From Gammaproteobacteria bacterium (GTDB taxonomy: Bacteria; Pseudomonadota; Gammaproteobacteria; SZUA-229), in contig JAVVEE010000006.1 of assembly GCA_032251315.1 (NCBI GenBank), forward strand, positions 1-49,679: 49,679 nt of DNA. Reading direction: 5' to 3'. The notes under the pieces are model-generated. The model was given only the letters and a program-made list of their open reading frames with translations, did no database searches and was not told the DNA's origin. This document shows, one piece after another, positions 9,689 to 20,639 of this stretch; within the stretch, counting starts at the first letter, position 1, and every line of letters begins with the position of its first letter. Both the position numbers and the translations under genes were made by a program.

Positions 9689-10351
9689 TTATTCCAGGGA
9701 TAGCTCGCTGATATCCGGGATGGGCGCTTTCTCCTTCTCTCTGGGGTTTTCAATGACATCAGCACCCACCTCGGCCATGGAGAGTGCGCTGATGTCGCCG
9801 ATTTCCTGTGGCGTTACCTCGACCGGATTTTCGAGAACGTCGGCACCCACATCAGCCATGGAAATATCGCTGATGTCATTAATTTCCTGCGCAGCCACTG
9901 CAACTGGATTCTCGATGACATTGGCACCGACCTCAGCCATGGAAATGGCGCTGATATCGCCAATTTCCTGAGGTGTGACCGGCACCGGATTTTCGATCAG
10001 AATAACCCCCGGCTCGGCGATGCTGATGGTGTCACTGCCGGCATCGGAAGAGGCCGCTGAGGCGGAGGCCTGGGAGGCGGCCGGCACCGGTTCGGCCGGT
10101 GCCGCGTTCGCGGGCTGTTCAGCCGCTTCGATTTTGATCACCAGGCCGATATTTTCCAGCGCGCCACGGTACTTTTCAGCCATCTCTGCACTGACTTTGG
10201 ACTTGAGGACCTTGCGGCCGCCGGCGAAAAAGGGCTGGACTTTGGCCGATTCCGTTTTGAACAGCCGGGCCATGTTCTGCTGGACGGTCATTTTGTCTTT
10301 GCCGGACTGGATAATGCCGTAAAAGACAATATTGAAGAGAGGTTCGCTCAT
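9689..10351 (-). CDS. Hypothetical protein with four C-terminal 27-aa acidic repeats
   Basis: N-terminal globular domain (FNIVFYG...ALENIGLVIKIE), Ala/Ser linker, repeats of ISMAEVGADVIENPVxVTPQEIGDISA. Confidence 0.75.
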   Translation of the reverse strand: MSEPLFNIVFYGIIQSGKDKMTVQQNMARLFKTESAKVQPFFAGGRKVLKSKVSAEMAEKYRGALENIGLVIKIEAAEQPANAAPAEPVPAASQASASAASSDAGSDTISIAEPGVILIENPVPVTPQEIGDISAISMAEVGANVIENPVAVAAQEINDISDISMADVGADVLENPVEVTPQEIGDISALSMAEVGADVIENPREKEKAPIPDISELSLE

Positions 10352-10444
10352 GCCGGACTCCTTATGATCACAGTCTTTTAATAATGATTTAACTTCAGCA
10401 AATACAAGTGTAGCCCAAAGTCATTATTTTCATGAGTGCATGGG

Positions 10445-10720
10445 TTATTTTTTCTCGGGCAGGGTAAAGGGCACCACATGCGAGGTTTTGGGTTCATCAA
10501 CATAACGGGGACGGGCGGTATTAGTCTGACCGTTGGCTTCTGCCAACTCCTTCTCGCGCGCCGAAATCAGCGCGAAGCAGTGCTTGATGTTTTCAACCGT
10601 CTCTTCGGTGAGCGGATGGCGCATGCCCTTGGGGGGGGTGGTCTCTCGGACAACGCCGGAGAGGGTCTTGCGCATGGCGATTAAAATAAGCTGGTCTTTG
10701 GAAAGTTCGTCATTGTTCAT
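10445..10720 (-). CDS. Small conserved hypothetical protein
   Basis: ILIAMRKTLSGVVRETTPPKGMRHPL...CFALISAREKEL...RPRYVDEP; ATG at 10720 avoids overlap with the divergent gene. Confidence 0.7.
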   Translation of the reverse strand: MNNDELSKDQLILIAMRKTLSGVVRETTPPKGMRHPLTEETVENIKHCFALISAREKELAEANGQTNTARPRYVDEPKTSHVVPFTLPEKK

Positions 10721-10873
10721 AATTAAATTTTTTAACCGAGTTGCATAGAATGTATAATAGTTTAGCAAATTACTGGGTTTTAGTGTCAATGACCGGAATA
10801 CGGCAATGGGGTTTGGCAGTAGCCGGTTGCCATCGTTTCGAACATCGAAAATATGAATTTGAGGTAAAATGAT

Positions 10874-11116
10874 ATGCCATATTATATTTACAAAGTAAGC
10901 ACGCAACCGGGGATGAACCTGGTGAAAAATCTTGATCTTATCGGGCAAGAAACTTCATTTAGAGAGGCCAAGCATCTGGCCAGAGAGCTTCGTGAAAAGC
11001 TGAATGGCGATGAAGGCGTGATCGTTAAAGTCATGTTCGCCGATAATCAGCTATCCGCCGAAGAGCAGCTACTGGAGCATCGGGAAAAGCCCATCACGAT
11101 GGAGCATGAGAAATAA
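10874..11116 (+). CDS. Small conserved hypothetical protein
   Basis: GAGG RBS; MPYYIYKV...FREAKHLARELR...VKVMFADNQLSAEEQL. Confidence 0.7.
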   Translation: MPYYIYKVSTQPGMNLVKNLDLIGQETSFREAKHLARELREKLNGDEGVIVKVMFADNQLSAEEQLLEHREKPITMEHEK

Positions 11117-11131
11117 GCTTGTGGCTGTTTG

Positions 11132-11584
11132 ATGGAAGAGGATGAATATAAAGCGACTTATCGGGAGATAGCGAAAATTCGCTGTGTTTTTGAGAAGGCG
11201 CTGACCAATAATCAGTGCAAGTGCCGTCTGTCGCAGCATTTCTGGCTGGCGGACAGGGAAGGTTATGCCTGCACATCAGAGGAAATAGCAGGTAAATGCG
11301 CCTATCTTCTTAAAAAGTTTCAGGAAAGCTCGAGGTTTTTGCTGAAATCACATGCGGTTGACGCGCCGCTGCCGCATAACGCAAACATTCGGGTGCAGGT
11401 GGGTGGCCTGCGCGGCCTGAGAGCGGTGCTGGGGCCTGATGAGAAAACCGCTGTAATTTCCGATATTCGCAGCCTGATTGAACAGGCCGAACAGCAGTAT
11501 GACAACATGGATGCGTTGCCCTACAGCGAAATAGTCCAGTCCATCGCCGGTTTTCAGGGTCGGAAACGCGGTAAAAACAGGTAG
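11132..11584 (+). CDS. Cys-rich hypothetical protein (possible Fe-S or Zn binding)
   Basis: CVFEKAL, CKC, REGYAC and C motifs; operon-like with neighbours. Confidence 0.7.
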   Translation: MEEDEYKATYREIAKIRCVFEKALTNNQCKCRLSQHFWLADREGYACTSEEIAGKCAYLLKKFQESSRFLLKSHAVDAPLPHNANIRVQVGGLRGLRAVLGPDEKTAVISDIRSLIEQAEQQYDNMDALPYSEIVQSIAGFQGRKRGKNR

Positions 11585-11618
11585 AGCCGTTTCACGGCCC
11601 GGATTTTAAGTGGTTATT

Positions 11619-11951
11619 ATGTTTAAAACTAAAGTTGTACGAGCACGTTCCACCAATGAATATGTCGGCCTCATTGAGCAGGCGCTGGATGATATCTGGG
11701 ATATCCGGCAGTCAATTGAATTTGACGGTGAAGGCATTGTCGAGATGGGCTCGTTTATCGATGAGCTGGAAACCAGCCTGAAAGAGATTTACCAGTCGAT
11801 GAAAGACGGCACCTATGAGTTTGCCAGCGGCGATTTCCCGTTCATGGCCACGCTCGACAATTACCACGCCTCCATGATCCCCTTCCGTTTCCTGCTGGTG
11901 CGCATCAATGAGACGCACATGAAAGGACTGGAGATCGGCGATCAGGGCTGA
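11619..11951 (+). CDS. Small conserved helical hypothetical protein
   Basis: RARSTNEYVGLIEQAL...DGTYEF..GDFPFM...IPFRFLLVRINETHMKGL; host-like codon use. Confidence 0.7.
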   Translation: MFKTKVVRARSTNEYVGLIEQALDDIWDIRQSIEFDGEGIVEMGSFIDELETSLKEIYQSMKDGTYEFASGDFPFMATLDNYHASMIPFRFLLVRINETHMKGLEIGDQG

Positions 11952-12670
11952 TCTTTAATGGAGGCCAGCGCCTCCTCCCTGCTAACCGGTGTGTAGGGAA
12001 TGTCCCTGATTTTGTCGTGCACCTGCATGCGGTATTTCACAAAATCCTGTTTCTCATCAAAATGTAAAAACGGATTGCCCAGCTTCTGCGCGGCCATGGT
12101 CGAGGTCGGGTCGGTGGGGGCGTAATTGTGCCCGGGATGGAGCATGGTGTGGCTGGGCAGATCGCTGCGCAGGTGCTTCAGGCTGTTGAACATCTGCTCC
12201 GGGTCGCCGCCCGCCATGTCGCAGCGGCCGCAGCCGAAGACAAACAGGGTGTCGCCGGCAATCAGGTGATCGCCCATGTGGTAGCAGGCCGAACCCGGAG
12301 TGTGCCCCGGGGTGTGTAGCACCGAGATTTCAGATTCACCGATTTTGATGATGTCGCCACCCCGGTGCAGGGTGGGCTTTTCCAGCTGCGCTCCCCAGAA
12401 CTTGGCCTCCTCCTTGAGCAGGTGAATTTGGGCATCGTACTGGTTCAATACCCGCTCGACGCCATTGACGTGGTCATGATGGCTGTGGGTGAGCAGAATG
12501 TCGGTAATTGTAATGTCGTTGGCTTTGGCCAGCGCAATCACCTCTTCCACCTCCCAGGCGGGATCGACAATGGCCGCCCGGTCGCTGGCCTTGTCGTGTA
12601 GCAGGTAGACGAAATTTTCCATGGGGCCAAGTTCAAGGGCGTGGATCTGGTGGGGGGTGTCTGTTTTCAT
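11942..12670 (-). CDS. MBL-fold metallo-hydrolase (glyoxalase II / persulfide dioxygenase-like)
   Basis: THSHHDH, HTPGHTPGS, GDTLF..GCGRCD, PGHNY. Confidence 0.85.
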   Translation of the reverse strand: MKTDTPHQIHALELGPMENFVYLLHDKASDRAAIVDPAWEVEEVIALAKANDITITDILLTHSHHDHVNGVERVLNQYDAQIHLLKEEAKFWGAQLEKPTLHRGGDIIKIGESEISVLHTPGHTPGSACYHMGDHLIAGDTLFVFGCGRCDMAGGDPEQMFNSLKHLRSDLPSHTMLHPGHNYAPTDPTSTMAAQKLGNPFLHFDEKQDFVKYRMQVHDKIRDIPYTPVSREEALASIKDQP

Positions 12671-13034
12671 AATTTGTTTATGTTTGAGGGTGTGCGTTTA
12701 AAAGGGTGATCATCAGTATAAACATGGTTATAACCCGACGCCAGTAAGTAAAGTGATGGCTTGCCGGAAGGGGCTTTTGAATGAACAGAAAGCAGTTGGA
12801 AACAAATAAAAATAACAATCCGGCTGTGGTGCCGACAGAAGCCGACAAGCACATCTTATCAAGATTGCCGCTATTCAGAAATGTGGATCCTGAACATTCT
12901 GTCTTCGATGACCTGTTGATGCAGTGCAGCTGCCGTTGTGGCGATGCACCACGCCATGAACAGCGGCCGCAACTGCGTCAGGATCACCACCGAGGCCTGA
13001 AGCCTTGCATTAAGCCTCAGATGACTGAGAATAG

Positions 13035-13547
13035 ATGCTGAAGATTTTTTCCAGAGAGCCCGTCGTGAAAGCAGAATCCAGAGCCCCGGAACAACCACCG
13101 GCAGAGCGTCGTCCGTGCATCGGCGTGGGCGTGATGCTGTGGAAAGGCGATTATTTGCTGCTGGGTCAGCGCATTGATGCACAGGGCGCGACCTGCTGGC
13201 AGTTTCCCGGCGGGCGTCTGGAGGCCGGTGAGAACGTGCTCGAATGTGCCACCAGAGAGGTGCGCGAAGAGACCGGTCTGGCCATCGGGTGTGCCCGCCC
13301 CGCCGGCTTCAATAACCTGCCGTTTTCAGTCGGTGAACGTGACTATGTCACCCTGTATGTCAGCGCCGCCCATCTATCCGGTGAGCCCGAGGTGATGGAG
13401 CCGGACAAATGCCAAAGCTGGCGATGGTTCCATCACCGCGAGCTGCCCGAGCCCCTGTTTTTACCTATAATCCATTTGCTCAAGCAGTCACCAGATTTGA
13501 GCGTCTTTAAGATGGGTCCTGAAACTCCAGCAGACGGGCAAAAATAA
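13035..13547 (+). CDS. NUDIX hydrolase (NUDT15/MutT-like)
   Basis: Nudix box GGRLEAGENVLECATREVREETGL, IGVGV, EPDKCQSWRWF; start codon uncertain. Confidence 0.85.
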   Translation: MLKIFSREPVVKAESRAPEQPPAERRPCIGVGVMLWKGDYLLLGQRIDAQGATCWQFPGGRLEAGENVLECATREVREETGLAIGCARPAGFNNLPFSVGERDYVTLYVSAAHLSGEPEVMEPDKCQSWRWFHHRELPEPLFLPIIHLLKQSPDLSVFKMGPETPADGQK

Positions 13548-13727
13548 AATCGGCCGGGAGGCTGTCGGGTTTAGGCGAGCTGAATGCATTTCACGTAACA
13601 TGACGGACAGTTTCACAACAACACATTTTGATCATTTGTTGATAAATATACCCCGAGTTCGAAGCGTGTTCTGTGATCGACTTCTACAATTAAAATAAAG
13701 CAAAAAGTTAAGAGGCGTAAATTAAAA

Positions 13728-16643
13728 ATGGCACAATCCTTTGGGCTTGGCATGCAGGAGCTATGGAACAGTTCACAACTGAGTGGTGGCAACGCCGCCT
13801 GGCTGGAAGCGCTCTACGAAGATTACCTTCGAGAGCCCGGCAGTGTGGATGCACAGTGGCGCGAGTTTTTTGATCGCCTGCCCACGGCAAAGGCGGGCGA
13901 GGTTGATCAGCAGGAAGTGCCGCATGATGAAGTGCGCGCCTATTTCAGGGCGCTGGCGAAAGAGCCTCAGCATGCCTCAACTCCGTCCAATGCTTACCTG
14001 CTGGAACAGGGACGCAAGCAGGTGCAGGTACTGCAACTGATTAATGCTTACCGTTTTCATGGACATCAGCAGGCGAGAACAAATCCGTTGGGTGATACGG
14101 AAAACAAACAGGTCGCGGAACTCAGGCTCGAATATCATGGGTTGAGCAGTAAAGACCTGAGCATCGAGTTTGAAACGGGCTCGTTGTTTGGCCCGAATTG
14201 CGCCACGCTCAAACAGATCTATGAAACCCTGGTGCAGAGTTACTGCGGTTCAGTGGGCGTCGAGTATATGCACATACTGGCCACCAAAGAGAAGCGTTGG
14301 TTACAGCAACGCATCGAGGGTGCCGATCAGAGTTCGGAACTAAGTATTGAAGAGAAAAAAAATATTCTGCGTCAGCTTAGCGATGCCGAAGGTCTGGAAA
14401 AATACCTTCACACCAAATATGTAGGCCAGAAAAGATTTTCGCTGGAAGGCGGTGAATCGCTGATACCCATGCTCGACGAACTGATCCTGCGGGCCGGCGC
14501 GCAGGGTGTCAGGGAGATCGGCATCGGCATGGCGCATCGCGGCCGCCTCAATGTGCTGGTTAATATTATGGGAAAAACCCCCGCGGAATTGTTCAGCGAA
14601 TTCGATGGCACCAAGGACGTCACCGCACTGACCGGTGACGTGAAATACCATCAGGGCTTTTCCTCCAACGTCAGTACTGCAGGTGGCCCCGTACATCTGG
14701 CGCTGGCCTTCAATCCTTCGCATCTTGAAATTGTCGGCCCGGTGGTGGAAGGCGCGGTGCGTTCGCGGCAATTTCGGCGCGGTGACAGCGCCGGGGTCGA
14801 AGTCATACCGGTGCAGATACACGGCGATGCCGCATTTTCCGGCCAGGGCGTGGTCATGGAGACCCTGCAAATGTCGCAGTCGCGCGGCTATTCCACCAAA
14901 GGCACGCTGCATATCATCATCAATAACCAGATCGGTTTTACCACCAGCAATCAGCACGATTCCCGTTCCACGCATTACTGTACCGACATTGCCAAGATGG
15001 TGGACGCACCCATTTTTCATGTCAACGGCGATGACCCCGAAGCGATCATCCGGGTGACACGACTGGCTTTCGATTACCGCATGAAATTCAAAACCGACGT
15101 CGTTATCGACATGATCTGCTATCGCCGCCACGGCCACAATGAGGCCGATGAACCGAAGGCGACACAGCCGATGATGTATCAGAAAATTTCATTGTTGCCG
15201 ACCACGCGAACCCTGTATGCGCAGAAACTGGTGGATGAGGGCAGCCTCAGCGCCGAGCAGGTTGAACGCATGGTGGCGGCGGTGCGCGAGCTGCTGGCAG
15301 CGGGCCGGTGTATGGTGCCGCATAAATTAGACGACGGTGAAATCGACACCTCCGAGCTGGTGGACTGGAGCTCCTATGAAAGCTGCGCCACGCTGGACGA
15401 TGTCGAAACCGGCGTAGCCAATGAAATCATGCGCAAACTGAGCGACACCATGCAGCAGCTGCCGGAGGGTTTTGTGCTCAATCCACGCGTGGCCAAAATT
15501 GTTGCCGACCGGCATAAGATGGCCGCCGGCGCGTTGCCCATAGACTGGGGCTACGCCGAGATCATGGCCTACGCCACCTTATTGTACGACGGTTTTTCGG
15601 TGCGCCTCTCCGGCCAGGACTGCGCCCGCGGCACCTTTTTTCATCGCCATGCGGTGCTGCACAATCAGAAAGAGCGCGTGGCTTTCGTGCCGCTGCGCAG
15701 TCTGGGCAAAGACAAAAACAATTTTCTGGTCATCGACTCACTGTTGTCCGAACTGGCGGTGCTGGCATTCGAATACGGCTTTTCAACCGCTGACCCGAAA
15801 ACACTCACTTTGTGGGAAGCGCAGTTCGGCGATTTTGCCAATGGCGCCCAGATAGTGATCGATCAGTTCATCTCTTCCGGTGAGCATAAATGGGGGCGAG
15901 CCAGTGGTCTGGTGATGCTGCTGCCGCACGGCTACGAAGGCCAGGGCGCTGAACACTCCTCGGCGCGGCCGGAGCGCTTTCTGCAGCTGTGCGCCGAACA
16001 AAATATGCAGGTGTGTATGCCCACCACCCCGGCGCAGATATTTCACCTGCTGCGTCGGCAGATGGTGCGCAATTGCCGAAAACCGCTTATTGTCATGACC
16101 CCGAAAAGTTTATTGCGGCACAAACTCTGCGTCAGCACGCTGGAGGATCTGGCAGCGGGCAGCTTCAGGAGAGTCATAGGAGAAATCGATGCGATCGATC
16201 CGGCCAGAGTTGAGCGGGTTATATTGTGCAGCGGCAAAGTCTATTACGAGCTACTGGAAAAACGCCGTCAGGAAGATATTGAACATGTCGCCATCATCCG
16301 CGTCGAGCAGCTTTATCCCTTCCCGGCGCCCGAGTTGAACGCGATATTAAAGTGTTACACTAAAACAAAGTTACTAATATGGTGTCAGGAAGAGCCGATG
16401 AATCAGGGCGCCTGGGACTTTTTCCGGCCCCGCGCCAATGTTCGGCTGGAAAAAGAATGGCAGCTGCATTATGTGGGTCGCGAATCTTCTTCGGCACCGG
16501 CAGTGGGTTCGGCCAAGCTGCACGTTATCCAGCAGGCCCAGCTGATTGAACGTGCCCTGCTGTTTGATGATAAAAAGCCGTATGACGATAAAAAATTGGT
16601 TGATGAAAAAAAGCGTGAGTACAAGAGGCAGGCAAAACGATGA
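13728..16643 (+). CDS. sucA: 2-oxoglutarate dehydrogenase E1
   Basis: [55 protein letters not shown]. Confidence 0.97.
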   Translation: MAQSFGLGMQELWNSSQLSGGNAAWLEALYEDYLREPGSVDAQWREFFDRLPTAKAGEVDQQEVPHDEVRAYFRALAKEPQHASTPSNAYLLEQGRKQVQVLQLINAYRFHGHQQARTNPLGDTENKQVAELRLEYHGLSSKDLSIEFETGSLFGPNCATLKQIYETLVQSYCGSVGVEYMHILATKEKRWLQQRIEGADQSSELSIEEKKNILRQLSDAEGLEKYLHTKYVGQKRFSLEGGESLIPMLDELILRAGAQGVREIGIGMAHRGRLNVLVNIMGKTPAELFSEFDGTKDVTALTGDVKYHQGFSSNVSTAGGPVHLALAFNPSHLEIVGPVVEGAVRSRQFRRGDSAGVEVIPVQIHGDAAFSGQGVVMETLQMSQSRGYSTKGTLHIIINNQIGFTTSNQHDSRSTHYCTDIAKMVDAPIFHVNGDDPEAIIRVTRLAFDYRMKFKTDVVIDMICYRRHGHNEADEPKATQPMMYQKISLLPTTRTLYAQKLVDEGSLSAEQVERMVAAVRELLAAGRCMVPHKLDDGEIDTSELVDWSSYESCATLDDVETGVANEIMRKLSDTMQQLPEGFVLNPRVAKIVADRHKMAAGALPIDWGYAEIMAYATLLYDGFSVRLSGQDCARGTFFHRHAVLHNQKERVAFVPLRSLGKDKNNFLVIDSLLSELAVLAFEYGFSTADPKTLTLWEAQFGDFANGAQIVIDQFISSGEHKWGRASGLVMLLPHGYEGQGAEHSSARPERFLQLCAEQNMQVCMPTTPAQIFHLLRRQMVRNCRKPLIVMTPKSLLRHKLCVSTLEDLAAGSFRRVIGEIDAIDPARVERVILCSGKVYYELLEKRRQEDIEHVAIIRVEQLYPFPAPELNAILKCYTKTKLLIWCQEEPMNQGAWDFFRPRANVRLEKEWQLHYVGRESSSAPAVGSAKLHVIQQAQLIERALLFDDKKPYDDKKLVDEKKREYKRQAKR

Positions 16644-17923
16644 GTACGGAAATCAGGGTTCCCGAATTACCCGAATCCATCGCCGATGCGGTGGTGGTGG
16701 ACTGGTATAAAAAACCGGGCGAGTGGATTCAGCAGGGCGACACGCTGGTGGACCTGGAAACCGACAAGGTGGTGCTGGAAGTGCCAGCGACCGTCTCGGG
16801 CGTGATCGAAAAAATAGTGTTTGCAGAAGGCGCGGTGGTCACCGCCGGTCAGGTGCTGGCAGTGATCGACGAAAGCGCGAAAATGGCGGAGGCGGGAACC
16901 GTTAAAGTAGCTGAAAAAGCTCTTCCCAAAAAACCCGGCGCGCCGGAAACCGCCGTAGAGCCAGCTATAAAAGAGGAAGCCGACGCCGAAGTGGCGATAA
17001 GCCCCTCTGCCAGAAAAATAATGCGCGAGCAGGGCATTACTGCGGACATGATCGCGGGCAGCGGCAAGCACGGTCGTATTCTGAAAGAGGATGTTCAGGC
17101 CTATATAGAGAGTAAAAACGCGCCGCAAACCAAAGCCGAAACCCTCACGCCGCAGACCGCCAAGATTGATACGGCGCCGCTGAAAAAAACCGCTGACGCC
17201 TATACCGAAACAGTCACCGGCACACGCCACGAAAAACGGGTGCCGATGACGCGCCTGCGCGCGCGCATTGCCGAGCGTCTGCTGCACGCCCAGCAGAACG
17301 CTGCGATATTGACCACCTTCAACGAGGTCAACATGAAACCGGTGATGGCGCTGCGGGAAAAGTACAAGGAAAAGTTTCTGTGCGAATACGACATCAAGCT
17401 GGGCTTCATGTCGTTTTTCATCAAGGCCTCGCTGGAAGCGCTAAAGAAATTCCCGGCAGTCAACGCCTCCATTGACGGCAACGACATTGTCTATCACGGT
17501 TATTACGACATCGGCATCGCCGTTTCCGGCGCCAGGGGTCTGGTGGTGCCGGTGCTGCGTAATGCCGAGGAGATGGGCATGGCTGAAATCGAGCAGAGCG
17601 TGCTCGATTTCGCCATAAAGGCGCACGACAATAAATTAGGCCTTGAAGAAATTACCGGCGGTACCTTTACCATTTCCAACGGCGGGGTCTTCGGTTCCAT
17701 GCTGTCCACGCCGATTCTCAATCCGCCGCAGAGCGCCATCCTGGGCATGCATACCATCAAGGAGCGCGCCATGGTGGTCAACGGCGAAATTGTTATTTTA
17801 CCGATGATGTATCTGGCGCTCTCCTATGACCACCGCATCATCGACGGCCGGGAAGCGGTACAGTTTCTGGTGACGATAAAAGAGATGCTGGAAGATCCTT
17901 CAAGAATGTTACTGGGCATATAA
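16640..17923 (+). CDS. sucB: Dihydrolipoyllysine-residue succinyltransferase (E2)
   Basis: Lipoyl motif ETDKV, E3-binding GSGKHGRI, catalytic DHRIIDG; ATGA overlap with sucA. Confidence 0.96.
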   Translation: MSTEIRVPELPESIADAVVVDWYKKPGEWIQQGDTLVDLETDKVVLEVPATVSGVIEKIVFAEGAVVTAGQVLAVIDESAKMAEAGTVKVAEKALPKKPGAPETAVEPAIKEEADAEVAISPSARKIMREQGITADMIAGSGKHGRILKEDVQAYIESKNAPQTKAETLTPQTAKIDTAPLKKTADAYTETVTGTRHEKRVPMTRLRARIAERLLHAQQNAAILTTFNEVNMKPVMALREKYKEKFLCEYDIKLGFMSFFIKASLEALKKFPAVNASIDGNDIVYHGYYDIGIAVSGARGLVVPVLRNAEEMGMAEIEQSVLDFAIKAHDNKLGLEEITGGTFTISNGGVFGSMLSTPILNPPQSAILGMHTIKERAMVVNGEIVILPMMYLALSYDHRIIDGREAVQFLVTIKEMLEDPSRMLLGI

Positions 17924-17942
17924 GCCAACGCCGGAGTCAGTC

Positions 17943-19376
17943 ATGAGCAAAAAATACGATGTAGTGGTTATTGGTGCCGGCCCGGCCGGTTACGTCGCCG
18001 CCATTCGCTGCGCGCAGCTGGGGCTGAGCGTGGCCTGCGTGGATGAATGGCACAACCGGGAGGGTGAATCCTCGCTCGGCGGCACCTGTTTGAACGTGGG
18101 CTGCATCCCCTCCAAGGCCCTGTTGGAATCATCCCGCTTGTATGCACTTTCGCAGAACCAGTTCGAGGATCACGGCATCTCGGCAGCTGAGAGCGGAATC
18201 GATGTACCGGCGATGATGGCGCGCAAGGACAGGGTGGTGCATGAACTCACCCAGGGCATCAAGGCGCTGTTCAAGGCGAACAGGGTTAAATTTATTCACG
18301 GCCATGCGCGGCTGGCGCAGGGCAAAAAAGTCGAGGTGCGCGAGCGCGGCGGGAAAAAAATAATCGCCACGCTTGAGGCTCAGAACATCATCCTGGCAAC
18401 GGGTTCGTCTTCGGTGCATCTGGATCAGGCACCGCTGGATCACCAGTACATTGTGGATTCCACCGGCGCGCTGGAGTTCGACGCCGTGCCCGAACGCCTG
18501 GGCATCATCGGCGCCGGCGCCATCGGGCTGGAGCTGGGCAGCGTCTGGTCGCGCCTGGGTTCGGAGGTAGTGCTGATCGAAGCCATGGACGAGTTTTTGA
18601 CTATTGTTGACCAGCAGGTTTCACGCGCCGCCTTTCGCAGCTATAAAAAACAGGGGCTGGATATACGCATCAACGCCCGGCTGTTGTCGGCCACGGTAAA
18701 AAATAACGAGGTGCAGGTCACCTACGAAGACAACCGCGGCGCCCAGCAGGTGACATTCGACAGGCTGATTGTGGCGGTGGGCCGCAAACCTAACAGCGAC
18801 ACCCTATTCGGCGTGGAGATCGAGCTGGAGTTCGATGAACGCGCCCTCATTCATGTCAACAAATATTGCGAAACCAGCGTGCCCGGCATTTATGCTATCG
18901 GCGATATCGTGCGCGGCCCGATGCTGGCGCACAAGGGTTCCGAAGAGGGGGTGATGGTGGCCGAACGCATCGCCGGGCAGGCGGCAAGCGTGAATTACGA
19001 TCATATTCCTTCGGTGATTTACAGCCATCCCGAAATTGCCTGGGTGGGTAAAACCGAGCAGGACTGCGAGGCCGAAGCTATACCGGTGAATATCGGGGTG
19101 TTCCCGATGAGCGCCAGCGGCCGCGCCAGAGCCATGGGTGACAGCGAAGGCATGGTGAAAATCATCGCCCACAAGGAGACCGACCGGGTGCTGGGCGTGC
19201 ACATCTTCGCCGCCCAGGCATCCGAGCTGATCGCGCAGGCGGTGACCGCGATGGCCATGCAGGCCAGCGCGGAAGATATCGCCCGCACCGTTTTTGCCCA
19301 TCCCACCCTGTCTGAATCGCTGCACGAGGCCGCGCTGGCGGTTGATCGACGCGCCATTCATATCAAGAACGGATAA
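17943..19376 (+). CDS. lpdA: Dihydrolipoyl dehydrogenase (E3)
   Basis: GAGPAGY, GGTCLNVGCIPSK, HPTLSE. Confidence 0.96.
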   Translation: MSKKYDVVVIGAGPAGYVAAIRCAQLGLSVACVDEWHNREGESSLGGTCLNVGCIPSKALLESSRLYALSQNQFEDHGISAAESGIDVPAMMARKDRVVHELTQGIKALFKANRVKFIHGHARLAQGKKVEVRERGGKKIIATLEAQNIILATGSSSVHLDQAPLDHQYIVDSTGALEFDAVPERLGIIGAGAIGLELGSVWSRLGSEVVLIEAMDEFLTIVDQQVSRAAFRSYKKQGLDIRINARLLSATVKNNEVQVTYEDNRGAQQVTFDRLIVAVGRKPNSDTLFGVEIELEFDERALIHVNKYCETSVPGIYAIGDIVRGPMLAHKGSEEGVMVAERIAGQAASVNYDHIPSVIYSHPEIAWVGKTEQDCEAEAIPVNIGVFPMSASGRARAMGDSEGMVKIIAHKETDRVLGVHIFAAQASELIAQAVTAMAMQASAEDIARTVFAHPTLSESLHEAALAVDRRAIHIKNG

Positions 19377-19472
19377 AAAAGTTTTATAATACCGCCGCAT
19401 AATCAATCCATTTCATTTCGAGCCGAGGCTTGAAGTGATGCAACAAAAACAGCCGGGATACTAATACAGCGC

Positions 19473-20639
19473 ATGAACTTACACGAATATCAGGCAAAAA
19501 AAGTCTTTGCCGACTACGGCCTGCCGGTCCCCGATAATCAGGTGGTGCAGGCCTCCGCCGAGGTGGCTGCGGCGGTGGACGCGCTGAAGGGTGAGCGCTG
19601 TGCGGTCAAGGCGCAGGTGCATGCCGGTGGTCGCGGCAAGGCGGGCGGTGTCAAGCTGGTGGATGATGTTGAAACGCTCAAACGCACCGTCGACGAGATG
19701 CTGGGTTCACAGCTGGTCACCATACAGACCGGTGCTGCGGGTCAGCCGGTGAATCATGTTTTGATCGAAGAGACCTGCGACATCGCCCGCGAACTCTATC
19801 TCGGCGCGGTGGTCGATCGCGCCACGCGCCGGGTTGTGCTGATGGCCTCCACCGAAGGCGGCATGGAGATCGAAAAAGTGGCGGAACAGACGCCGGAAAA
19901 AATTCTCAAAACCAGCATCAATCCGATCACCGGCTTGCAACCGTTTCAGGGACGGCAGCTGGCCTTCGGGCTGGGGCTGGAAGGCGAGCAGGTAAAACAG
20001 TTTGCAAAAATACTCGCCGGTCTGGCCAGAATGTTCATCGAAAAAGACCTCAGCCTGGTGGAGATCAATCCGCTGGTGGTGAGCAAGAGCGGCGAGCTGA
20101 TCTGTCTGGACGGGAAAATAAACGTCGACGATAACGCCCTCTACCGCCAGCCCGGACTGCTAGCCATGCGCGACGTGGCGCAGGAAGATGAACGCGAAAA
20201 CCGCGCCAAGGAGTGGGACCTGAATTACATCTCGCTGGACGGCGATATCGGCTGCATGGTCAACGGCGCCGGGCTGGCGATGGCGACCATGGACCTGATC
20301 AAACTCTGCGGCGGCGAGCCGGCCAATTTTCTCGATGTCGGCGGCGGCGCCACCAAAGAGCGGGTCGCGGAAGCGTTCAAAATTATTCTTTCCGATGAAA
20401 ACGTCAAAGGCATTCTGGTGAACATTTTCGGCGGCATCGTGCGCTGTGACCTGATCGCCGAAGGCATTATCGGCGCCGCCGAAGAGGTGCAGCTGAATGT
20501 GCCGGTGGTGGTGCGCCTCGAAGGCAACAACGCCGAACGAGGCACGCAGTTGTTGAATGAATCGAAGCTCAATTTAATCGCCGCCACCGGTCTGACCGAT
20601 GCCGCGCAAAAAATCGTCCGCGAGGTGAAAACAGCATGA
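19473..20639 (+). CDS. sucC: Succinyl-CoA ligase beta subunit
   Basis: [44 protein letters not shown]. Confidence 0.97.
   Translation: MNLHEYQAKKVFADYGLPVPDNQVVQASAEVAAAVDALKGERCAVKAQVHAGGRGKAGGVKLVDDVETLKRTVDEMLGSQLVTIQTGAAGQPVNHVLIEETCDIARELYLGAVVDRATRRVVLMASTEGGMEIEKVAEQTPEKILKTSINPITGLQPFQGRQLAFGLGLEGEQVKQFAKILAGLARMFIEKDLSLVEINPLVVSKSGELICLDGKINVDDNALYRQPGLLAMRDVAQEDERENRAKEWDLNYISLDGDIGCMVNGAGLAMATMDLIKLCGGEPANFLDVGGGATKERVAEAFKIILSDENVKGILVNIFGGIVRCDLIAEGIIGAAEEVQLNVPVVVRLEGNNAERGTQLLNESKLNLIAATGLTDAAQKIVREVKTA

Noticed and set aside
9692-10027. CRISPR array or other non-coding repeat array
   Set aside because: The repeats are in-frame coding repeats without spacers; no repeat-spacer array or cas gene anywhere in the window.
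12781-13041. 86-aa ORF with LSRLPLFRNVD, like the start of a cNMP-binding domain
   Set aside because: Similarity is limited to about 12 residues and the rest is not protein-like; not enough to call a gene or pseudogene.
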